From contig OX597817.1 of NCBI GenBank assembly GCA_951406725.2, forward strand, positions 96,348,001-96,412,000: a DNA stretch of 64,000 nt, given 5' to 3'. The notes beneath the pieces were generated by a model. That model was not told the DNA's origin and did no database searches. It was given only the letters and a program-made list of their open reading frames with translations. The position numbers and the translations under genes are program-made. The DNA is from Octopus vulgaris (Eukaryota). Shown in pieces: positions 27,428-38,539 of the stretch (its first letter is position 1; each line of letters starts with the position of its first letter).

Positions 27428-27978
27428 ATCATCATCATAGTCATTTTACATCCACTGTCCCTGCTGGCATGGGTTGGATGGTTTCACTAAGGCTGACAAG
27501 CTGGAAGGCTGCACCAGACTCCAGTCTGATTTGGCATGGTTTCTACAACTAGATGCCCTTCCTAATGTCAATCACGCCGAGGGTGTAATGGGTGCTTTCA
27601 TATACCACTGGAATGGGTGCCATTAGTATAACGCCAGTATCTGCTATGACTGTGATTTACTTGGTTTGATGGGTCTTCTTCTCAAGCACGACATAATGCC
27701 AAAAGTCTCAGTCATTCATTATTGAGGCCCAACACTCAAAAGGAGCTTTTCACATGCCACCAGCATTGGCTATTTTGCCTCTATGAGGCCCAATGCTTGA
27801 AAGATACTTTTTACATGCCAGTTACATGACACCAACATTGGCCACAACTACGATTTCACTTGAAAGGACTTCTCAAGCACTGCACATCACCAAAGGTCTT
27901 GGTCACTTAGCCATTACCTCTGTGAAACCCAAAGTTGGAAGATCAAGCTTCACCACCCCGTTCCATGTTTTCCTAGAC
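27428..27978 (-). mobile_element. 5'-truncated old RTE LINE 3' end
   Basis: (GAT)n tail at ~27428, the shared 3' UTR, and a degraded RKTW..VVK.DL ORF end near 27920-27978. Confidence 0.7.
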
Positions 27979-27984
27979 TATTCT

Positions 27985-28195
27985 TTTCTTCTTTTACTGG
28001 TTTCAGTCATTTGACTGCAGCCATACTCAAGCACCACCTTTTAGTAGAGGAAATCAACCCAGGACCTATTCTTTGTAAGCCCAGTACTTATTCTATCAGT
28101 TCTTTTGCCAAACCGCAGAGTTAATAGGGGCTTAAACACACCAACATCAGTTGTCAAGCAATGGTGGAGGGGTGACAATTACAGACACAGAGACA
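27985..28195 (-). mobile_element. SINE 3' fragment (same family as 7483-7856)
   Basis: Shares GTTTCAGTCATTTGACT...TATTCTTTGTAAGCC.AGTACTTATTCTAT with the 7.5 kb copy. Confidence 0.7.
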
Positions 28196-28239
28196 CACAC
28201 ATAAATACATATACATATATATATATATATATTGTATAG

Positions 28240-31200
28240 TGAAACTATATACCCCTCCAGAATGCAGTTAGACATGGGAAGTGACATCACAATCATAAAT
28301 GAGAGAACATAGGAACAAATGGGTAAACCCAAATTATGTAGTTCAAACAAAATAGCATATGGTGTTATGGGGAGAAAATTATATTTCACGGGCAAATGCA
28401 TTTGTAATATACTATTCAAAGGTCGAACCAAAAAAGTGAATGTTTATGTGTTGAAAAACATCCATGAATTTATTTGGCACTGAATGTTTGGAGAAATTTA
28501 ATTTAAGGGATACACCCATAAGCGTTTGAGCAATAATGTAAATGAAGCAGTCAAACGATCAAACAAGGTTGATAAACTGAGATGAAAAAATTAAAGAAAC
28601 TTTCCTAAGAGCTTTTTCGGAAGGTTTAGGCTGTTGCACAAAAACAAAAGCAAAGATTGCTACTGAAGAAAATTCAACACCTATTTTCAGGTCCAAATAG
28701 AACATGCTATCTGTAGCAGTAGATCAGGTAAATAAAGAACTAGAAAGGTTGGAAAGCCTGAATATAATTGAAAAGATTGATCTTGCAGACTGAGCAGCAT
28801 CAGCAGTCTATGAGAAAAAAAAAAATAATAATAATGATAATAAGCTAAGAGTGTGTGCAGACTTCTCAACTGGAAACAACTTTTTACTCACACACAGTTA
28901 CTCACTACCAAGCCCAGAAGTATTTGCTAAACTAAGCGGAGGGAAAATATTCTTGAAGTTAGACCTTTCAGAGGCATACCTTCAAATTCAATTAGAGGAA
29001 GATTGCACACATCTACTAACAATCAACATGAACCATGGATTGTACAAGTTTAAACAGCTGCTGTTTGGAATAAAAGTGGCACCCGCCATATTCAAACACA
29101 TAATGGATGTGATGTTAAGTGACTGCGACTTCACCATCGCATACCTCAATAACATATTGATAAAGAGCAAGTATTGGGTGCAACACATTGAACACATAAA
29201 GAAAGTATTTGAGAGAATAAGTGAATACAGGCTAAAACTGACAGAAGAAAAATGCAAATTTTTTATGGAAAAAATAAAATACCTAGGTCAAGTAATCAAC
29301 AAAAGTGGACACAGATTGGACCCATCAAGGGTGACAGTAATACGAAATATGCTGTCCCCGACAAACATGACAATGCTACAAGCATTCCTAGGCTTGATAA
29401 ATTAATACAAAGTGTATACACCAAATATACATAAGGTAAAGGCAGCACTTAATAAATTACTAAAAAAAAATGCCCAAAAGGATTTGGAACGAGAAATGCC
29501 AGGAAGCATTTAACGAGTTAAAAGATGTTAACTTCAGACCTGTATCTTATGCATTTCAACCCAAAGATAGAATTAATACTAGCTACAGGTGCTAGCAAGT
29601 AGGGGATAGGAGGCATGCTCCTACACAAGGATAACAATGGCAGGAGAAAGGACATAGCTCACATCAAGGACATTATTGCCGGTAGAAAAGAACTACAGCC
29701 AGATTGAAAAAGAGGTGTTGGATATTATATTTGGTGTGAAAATGTTCCACAAGTTCATTCACAGCTGGAAAGCATTTAAAGAGTTAAAAGATGTGTTAAC
29801 TTCAGAATTGTATCCTATGCATTTTGACCCAATGTTAGAAATAATACTAGATACTGATGCTAGCAAGTATGGGATAGGAGCCGTGTTCCTACACAAAGAT
29901 AACAATGGCAGGAGAAAGGTTATAGCTCATTCATCAAGGACATTACTGCCAGAGGAAAAGAGCTATAGCCAGATTGAAAAAAGGCATTGGTTATTATAGC
30001 TGGTATGAAAAAGTTCCACAGGTTCATTCATGGCAGACGTTTTCGATTGCAAACGGATCATAGTCCTCTAATAACGATATACGGATCCAAGAAAGGAATC
30101 CCAACATATATGGCAAACAGACTGAAGTGGTGGGGTACCATTCTAGTAAACTATGATTATAGAATGGAATATCTGCCTTCAAAAGAGTTGGGGCATGTCG
30201 ATGGTCTGTCTAGGTTAATTCCAAGAAATAATGAACTGGTGGAGGACACCATAATAGCAGCACTAAGAGCAGAAGTGGAAACAAAAAAGTGATGTGGAAC
30301 ATCGTGTGGGAACTACCGGTAACTTTGGAAGAATTAAAAAGAAATGCGAGAAATGACAAATTTATTAATGAGACAAAAAGAAAACTGTGGTCGACAAAAG
30401 GAAATAAAGAAAGGTCTGATGCAAAGAACTGCCAAGATGTGAGTGTGTACTCTATATGTGATGGTGTACTAATGTACACTCAGAGGTTGGTCATACCATA
30501 GATATTACAGAAGAGAGTGCTAAAAGAGTTCCATAGCAGTGAAACTACCTACTACAAAATGTGAACCTTGACCGGAAGTGAAAACACTATGATTGCATAT
30601 TGATTTTGCAGGCCAAGTAAACAGATATTATTACTTAAGAGTAGTGGACATCTGCACAAAATGGCCTGAGGATGTGAGGTGCAAATGACCAGCCTCATAT
30701 ACAGTAATAAACTTCTTACACAAGCTGTTCACAAGATTTGGTGTACTGGATATAATTATCTCTGATAATGGAACATAGTTAATATCCTGTGAGTTTAAAA
30801 GATTCTGCAAGATGTTCACATTAGAACATAAAACTATACCACTGTATTACCCTAGATTGGATGGAAGGGCTGAACGGTTCGTGGACACTGTTAAGAGAGC
30901 TTTAAAGAAAGCTACTAATGAAGCTAAAGACGAGGTCACAATCTAACAATTCTTAAGGGTATACAGGGTAACTTAACCAAAACCAAATGTGCCCGAAGGA
31001 AGTTCAACAGAATTAATGTCTGCCAGAAAGGTGAAGTCAGTATTTAATAAACTGTTACCAGTGAAGAAAAAAATATGTGCCAGAAAAGATATACCAAAAT
31101 TCTTTAGAATTGGTGTTAAGGTGTACAAGAATGTACAAAAATGGCAAGAAATACTGGAAAAAAGGGGAAATTGCAACATATATAGGAAGAATGAGGCATG

Positions 31201-31440
31201 GTGTAAGAAGCAGAAATGTAATGGAAAGGAGACATAGAAATCAGCTTAAAGAAAGTGTCATGGAAAAGGAACTAACAAGAGTAGAAATACTGATGGATGG
31301 GCTATATGATGCTTTTCAGGTTCCAACATCGTTACAAGAAGTCAAAGCCACATTTGCAAGGAAAAGGAAGAACACTGAATTCCAAAAAGTAGACCCTAAG
31401 AAGAAAAAAATATTGAGTATATAAAAAAAAGGTGGGGGTG
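28240..31440 (+). mobile_element. Degraded Ty3/Gypsy LTR retrotransposon pol (PR-RT-RH-IN), LTRs missing
   Basis: Protease LDMGSDITII; RT KLDLSEAYLQI, FGIKVAPAIF, YLNNILI (decayed YLDD); RNase H DASKYGIGAV, NYSQIEKE, LQTDHSPL; integrase ISDNG, GRAERFV; polypurine tract AAAAAAAAGGTGGGGG at ~31423-31438. Confidence 0.9.
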
Positions 31441-31454
31441 AACACATTTATTCT

Positions 31455-32275
31455 TCTTTCTCTTCTACGCATGTCCTCCGCAGTCACAGCCCATGTTTCA
31501 CTGCCGTGAAGCATGGCAGTTCGCACACATGCGTCATACAATCTACCTTTCATTCTGAGCAAGAGACCCTTTGTTGCCAGTAGGGGAAGAAGCTTTCTAA
31601 ACTTTGCCCAGGCTATTCTTATTCTAGTGGTAACACTCTCTGAGCATCCACCCCCACTACTAACTTGGTCACCTAGGTAGCAGAAACTATCAACTACTTT
31701 TAGTTTCTCCCCCAGGAGTGTAATGGAATCTGTTTTCTGAGTATCAGTGGTGTCTATTGTCCCTGTGCATCTGCCGTACATGAAAGCTATCTTCACGGTT
31801 AATTTTCCTTTGATGTTGCTGCACCTCTTATGTGTCCATAGCTTACACTGGGTACATCTTATGGAGTTTCTACCAACACCTTTTCTACAGATTGAGCAGG
31901 GCCACCTACCTGAAGGGGTGTGTGGTGAGTTTGCCTTCCTACTTACTACAACTTTGGTCTTTGCTACATTGACTCTAAAGCCTTTTGATTCTAAACCTAG
32001 CTTCCACACCCGAAATTTCTTCTCAAGTTCCAGTAGTGATTCTGCTATGAGGGCTAGGTCATCAGCATAGAGGAGCTTCCAGGGGCAACCCGTCTTGAAT
32101 TCCTTTGTTATTGCCTGGAGGACTATGATGAATAAAAGGAGACTGAGGGCTTGGTGGATGCCAACTTCTACCCGGAATTCTTCACTGTACTCATTGCCAA
32201 TCCTAACCTTACGAACAGCCTCTCTGTAAAGGGCCTGTACAGCCCTTATTAACCATTCGTCAATCTCCAGTTTCC
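31455..32275 (-). mobile_element. RTE LINE internal fragment (RT, YADD, PHD insert)
   Basis: ORF 31332..32288 is highly similar to the RT of the 38.5 kb and 52.9 kb copies. Confidence 0.9.
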
Positions 32276-33439
32276 ATTCCTTTGCCAAACGATATCTGAG
32301 AAGCTAAGATTCTTTCTTTCTTTCTTTCTCTCTCATTTTCCATCCCTGTATGCATTCGCCATTAATACCTTGAATGTTTTATTTACTAACAGCTTGTTGT
32401 TTTTTCCATGAGCTAACCATTGGAAATGTCCCCTCAAAATATAATTTTAATTCCATCTCTTATAATTTCGTTAAGTTAATTACTCATTTCTCCCCCTGTT
32501 TAATCTCATCTTTATTACCATATCTTGTCCTGTTGTCTCCAAACAAAATTTTGCTTGTTCACGGTGCACCTTCCTTTCCCACCCCCACCACCAATACTAG
32601 ATATCTCTATTGTATTGTCCCACCATCTACACCGGATATCCCTTCTCCCACCACCATAACATACTTCACCGATAATCTTACGTTCTGTTCTGTCTAGATA
32701 TTTGTCACCACCCCTTCCAGGTATCTCTTGTCCCAATTCCCCCTCCTTCACTGGTGCTGTTTCCGATATTCCTGCACTCTCTCTTATCTCTCTCCATCTC
32801 TTTCTGTCTCCCTCTCTTTCTCTATCTCTCCATCTCCCTCCCTATCTTTCTCTATCTCCCTCCCTCCCCCTCTCTTTCTCTATCTCTCTCCCTCGGATAT
32901 CTGCCCACCTACTTAACCAGCTATCTTTCGTTCCATTTTCATTCTGTAGAGAAACACGCCAACCACTAACCAGGAATTTTCCTTGGCCTTATGAAGTGAA
33001 GGAGAAAGCTATTAGGCTGCCCATGTGTACTTATTTCTGAGTGTGGGTGTGCTTGTGAATATATAGGAATGAGCATGTTTCCTCTCTCTGTCTGAACCCT
33101 TCCCCGCTGGTGGTACCCTCCATTATTCTTGAAATCCCCCTCTACCCAGGCAATGCAACCAGTTTCAGCTGACACCCTCCTAACCTAACATTGGAATATC
33201 CATATTTTGCCAATTTGCTACACCGCTTGAATCTGCATCATTCATGACCATAATGCCTATGCTTACAACACTGCTAACACCAGCTCCTACCTCCAGTAGG
33301 AGCAACATTCTTAACATGCTTGAATGTTGTCAGGTTGGAAGAGAGGAATAAGAGAGAAAAGATGAAGCATGCCTAACAAACGAACACCACCACAACAACC
33401 CTCTTCTTTTTAGGTGCTGAGTAACATCCCTCCTCCCCT

Positions 33440-34950
33440 AACCTCACTCCACATTCCTTTCCCAGTTTTCAGAGTTGGCACTCTCAATGTTGGCACAATG
33501 AAAGGTAGGTCTAGTGAGATTGTAGAGATGCTTGAGGTTGATGCTTGAGGAGACGGGTTGATGTATGCTGCATACAAGAGGTAAGATGGAGAGGAGCTTC
33601 AGCTAGGGTCCTCACAGGCAAGGCACATAGGTACAAATTCTTCTGGCAAAGTAATATGGATGGTGTAGGGGGTGTAGGCATTCTCCTCTCAGAGAAATGG
33701 GTGGATAAGGTTATAGAGGTTGTTAGGGTATGCGATGGAGTGCTTAAGCTTAGGCTAGTCCTGCAGAATAGCACAGCTACTATCATCTCCACCTACGCCC
33801 CACATGCGGAGCTACCAAATGATCAGGAGGACCACTTTTATGACACCCTTCAACAGGCTACCTCAAAGACGAGTAGCAATGACCTCATCTTTCTGGCTGG
33901 AGACTTTAATGGGCATGTTGAGCAGGAAGCAGGTATCTTCACTGGGGTACACGGTGTCCATGGTATTGGCACCCAAAACAATGAGGGAACCAGGCTACTG
34001 GAGTTCTGTGATGCATGTAACCTTTTAATCTGCAACACTAACTTCAGGAAGCCAGACAGCCACATTATAACCTATCAATCGGGGAATTTCGCAAGCCAGA
34101 TTGATTTCATCCTCACCAGACAGTGGGACGCAGAGTTGCTCTTAAATACAAAGACCCTTCTGGGTGAAGAATGTACCCCCAGCATAGGCTAGTCATTAGT
34201 GACTTTAGTCTCAAGGCCAGAAGGATACCAAGAAGCAGACCAATCCAAAAAAAGAAGGATTTGGAAGCTAAAGAACCCTTCACATGGTCAGAGATTTAGG
34301 GACATCCACTTCAAGAAATTTGAGGAGAGGGCAGAGGAGCTACAAACATCAGACATAGAAGGTAGTTGGAAATTCCTACAGGACAGCTTGCTGAATGCCA
34401 CAGACCAAGTCTGTGGCTGGTGCAAAGTCCCTTCCAGACCTAGAGTTACGTGGTGGTGGAATAAAATGGTAGACAAAGCCATTAGGGCAAAGAAACAGGC
34501 CTGGAAAGCCTGGAGGGATGGGGGTAGCAGGGAACTGTAACAAGTAGCCAAAAGGGAAGCTGGGCAGCAGGTATACATAGCCAAGAGCGAAGCAGAAAAG
34601 AAGTTTGCCAATGTCCAGCGACGTGATGACCAAACAACTGAGGTATTTCAGATTGCAAGACAGTCTGTGAGAGAAAATTGTGATGTCACAGGAGAGAAAT
34701 GTGTCTGAATGGATGATGGTGCACTTACTTTTAATGATTCTGAAAAGAAAGAGGCTTGGAGAAGCCATTATGAAAGACTGCTCAATGTGGAGAATGAATG
34801 GGAGGAAGAGAGCCTGCCAAATGTTGACCCAATAGAAGGACCAGCTATCCATATTGACAGCTCCCTAGTAGATAAAGCAATTAAGGGCATGAAGCCAGGA
34901 AAAGCCCCCGGCCCATCAGGAATCATCTGGTAGTGTGGGCTATGGCCTAG
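33440..34950 (+). mobile_element. Diverged RTE LINE 5' fragment (AP endonuclease), 3'-truncated at a microsatellite
   Basis: [30 protein letters not shown] and GKAPGPSG, with frameshifts and stops. Confidence 0.9.
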
Positions 34951-34952
34951 TT

Positions 34953-35383
34953 TATGTATATATATATATATGTATACATATATATACACATATATATATA
35001 CATATATATACATACATATATATATACATACATATACATACATATATATATATACATACATATACATACATATATATATATATACATACATATACATACA
35101 TATATATATACATACATATACATACATATATATATATACATACATATACATACATACATATATATACATACATATACATATATATATATACATACATATA
35201 CATACATATATATATATACATACATATACATACATATATATATATATACATACATATACATACATATATATATATATACATACATATACATATATATATA
35301 TACATACATATATATATATATACATACATATACATATATATATATACATATATATATATATACATACATATACATACATATAC

Positions 35384-35417
<34 letters not shown>

Positions 35418-35426
35418 ACATATACA

Positions 35427-35478
<52 letters not shown>

Positions 35479-35487
35479 CATATACAT

Positions 35488-35549
<62 letters not shown>

Positions 35550-35580
35550 ACACACATATATACATATATATATATACATA
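34953..35580. repeat. (TA)n/(TACA)n compound microsatellite
   Basis: Direct inspection. Confidence 0.97.
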
Positions 35581-36268
35581 CAGGGTGGGGAAGCAAAATT
35601 TACAATGACCGTTAAGTTGCTTTTTCTCAGGAGGCACTAAGTCAATTGTTTTGAAACCTAGCATATATTGATGCCATACTCATACCTAACACTATAATCC
35701 TTACCTTTTCAGAAAATTTTGCCCATATGAGTAATCAGGAAACCAAAAGTCAAAGAGAGTGTGATTTTCTGAATGCACTCGTCACACCAAAGGAGATTTC
35801 AAAAATAGTTGGAGTGTCCATAAAGACTATTTATAATGTAAAGAATAGAATGACTATGAGCAAAATTATTACGAGGAAGTCTGGAAGTTGAGGAATCAAC
35901 AAAAAAACGTACCAAAGCCTTTATTAAAGCTCTCAAATTCAAAATCTTAAAGGATCCAAACAAATCCATGAGAAAAATGGCAATTGAAATTGAGGTAGAC
36001 AACAAGACCATTAGAAATGCTGTAAAATATGATTTGAGGTTAAAATCTTACACAAGAACACCAAAACACTTGTTGACAACAGCTATGAAGGAAAGGAGAT
36101 AGGAGAGGTGCAAGAAAATTATTACATGATTCAAGAAATAGTCCTCCATTGTAACGATCTTTTCAAATGAAAAGATCTTCACTGTCGATGCTGTTCTGAA
36201 CAGCAGAAATGACAGATTTATCACAAAATCAACAGCTGAGGTTAAGGGGACATTCAAAACAAAAGGGG
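35581..36268 (+). mobile_element. Tc1/mariner-superfamily (maT/DD37D-like) transposon, 3'-truncated
   Basis: Begins TA|CAGGGTGG. ATG at 35727 leads into an HTH (TPKEISKIVGVSIKTIYNVK), then IFSNEKIFTVDAVLNSRNDR (decayed FSDEKIFTV...N..NDR). Confidence 0.8.
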
Positions 36269-36514
36269 CACGCAACCAAATTCAAAATGTTGAACATAAA
36301 TATTCCATATGGATAGCGTATATTTAGTATTTTTGATTCTTGGACTAGTCTTTAATCATACCGATGGATTTGTTTCGCGCTATGCAGGTTTCAATCCGCA
36401 TAGCAAAGTCTTCTGCATATATTTTGTTTATATTTCGACATATTCCTTAGGAAAAACCTTCGACTTAGTTTATTTCATTTTATTATATTGTATAGGCTCA
36501 CTATGGTAATTTAA

Positions 36515-36734
36515 CCCTTTAGCATTTAAACTGGCCATACCCGGCCAGAACTATTCTGCCTGTTTTATGTTCAAACTGGCCATATCTAGTCTCTCACACC
36601 AGCCCTACAATATCATTTTAAAAATTAACAGTACTTCATCAAAATCTCATAGCTACAAGATAATGCATGATTAGTTCAAAACAATGTGGATAAAAAAGCA
36701 TTAATTTTGGCAGAATAATACGAATACTAAAGGG
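36515..36734. mobile_element. 220-bp piggyBac MITE
   Basis: TTAA|CCCTTTAGCATT ... AATACTAAAGGG|TTAA. Confidence 0.9.
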
Positions 36735-37742
36735 TTAATTTATAGATAATCCAATATAGGGTGTTATATTTTACATGTTTTTCGTCTAAATTTTTATTAT
36801 TATGCACTCAGCAATTTTTAAAAATAATGTTGTCAGATCCTAGGCATTTTTATGTGAATATGTGTATTGGCATGAATATGTATTTGTAAGCATACGTCTA
36901 TGTATATATGTAAGTGAGCGTATGTTTGTACTTAAGCACATACATACATGTATGTGTATGTATGTATCCACTTGGACTTGTGTGTTTGCGTACTTGTCTC
37001 TATATATGTGTCCGTATATGTGTATTTACTGCTTACATAATTTGTATACAAACATTTGTCGCGTATAGTCAGAATGTTATTATTTTTTATTTTTTCTTCT
37101 TTCCTTTTCTTTTTCCCTTTTCTCTTTTTCTTTTTTCTCTCTCTTCCTTTCTTTCGTTTTTTTTTCTCTCCCTATTCGTTACTTGTATAGAGCCCTCTAA
37201 CTTTACGTACCCCCCTTCCCCATCCCTTACTTACATCTTTAGCTTTCTGTTGCAAATAAGAGCGCCCCTTCCCCATCCATGAATTTTGCTTATAGTCTAT
37301 ATGGATAAACGTGATTTTTGCATGCCAGCTAGATTGCGTATACATATGTGTACATGCATTTGTGTGTATATTTTCGGTTTGCATTTATATGTCTGTATAT
37401 GTATGTGGTCTGCGCACATCTATCTGTGTATGTTGATGTATATATGTATATTAATAGTTTAGTATGAGTATGTACTGTTGTGAAATATTTAATATTTTAA
37501 TATTTTAATTTCAATTTCTATGTATTAATTATATTTTCTTTATTAATGACAATATGTATTTTAAACAAAGATTTGATTTAAGGTTTTTCCCCGACTTTTA
37601 TAATTTTATATTTTATATTGAACTAATTTTTGTTTATCGCTCGCATATGACCGTTATTTGAAAGGACCAATCAAACAAGTCCATTTTTAAAGGTGTAACG
37701 TTTATACTAGTCTTGATAGAATTGTCATATCGGTTCTATTTT

Positions 37743-37795
37743 AACAAAACTGTCCGACGAACGGGAACGTGAAACTCCGAGTAACAGGTTTTGTT
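37743..37795 (+). ncRNA. Minimal type I hammerhead ribozyme (U4C core variant), probably in a PLE pseudo-LTR remnant
   Basis: AACAAAACTGT-CCGACGA-ACG(GGAA)CGT-GAAA-CTCCGAG-TA-ACAGGTTTTGTT: stems I, II and III all pair. AATAAA lies ~20 nt downstream. Confidence 0.75.
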
Positions 37796-37871
37796 GAATT
37801 TCTGCTGCTTTTAAATAAAGCATATTACTCTACTCCTGGTATTTGAGAAGTCTTTTTTCCATCTTGTTTTA

Positions 37872-38501
37872 CATTTATGTGTTTACTCTGGTATATATAT
37901 ATACATATATATCTATACATAAATATGTACATATATATCTATACATATATATGTACATATATATCTATACATATATATGTACATATATATCTATATCTAT
38001 ACATATATATGTACATATATATCTATACATATATATGTACTTATACATCTATACATATATATGTACATATACATCTATACATATATATGTACATATATAT
38101 CTATACATATATATGTACATATACATCTATACATATATATGTACATATACATCTATACATATATATGTACATATATATCTATACATATATATGTACATAT
38201 ACATCTATACATATATATGTACATATATATCTATACATATATATGTACATATATATCTATACATATATATGTACATATATATCTATACATATATATGTAC
38301 ATATACATCTATACATATATATGTACATATACATCTATACATATATATGTACATATACATCTATACATATATATGTACATATATATCTATACATATATAT
38401 GTACATATATATCTATACATATATATGTACATATATATCTATACATATATATGTACATATATATCTATATATACATATGTATATATATATATATATATAT
38501 A

Positions 38502-38538
<37 letters not shown>
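37872..38538. repeat. TA-derived ~24-bp minisatellite (TACATATATATGTACATATATATC)
   Basis: Direct inspection; more than 20 near-identical units. Confidence 0.95.

Positions 38539-38539
<1 letters not shown>

Noticed and set aside
34768-35640. Long YI/IY-rich ORFs here and at 37.8-38.5, 43.7-44.9, 55.3-57.4 and 63.0-63.35 kb
   Set aside because: They are translations of (TA)n microsatellites, which lack stop codons.
37877-38539. N-terminal 221 aa of the 1192-aa ORF as a novel repeat domain fused to the RTE
   Set aside because: Chance in-frame read-through of the minisatellite into a 5'-truncated RTE; absent from the full-length copy. The same applies to the start of ORF 45963.
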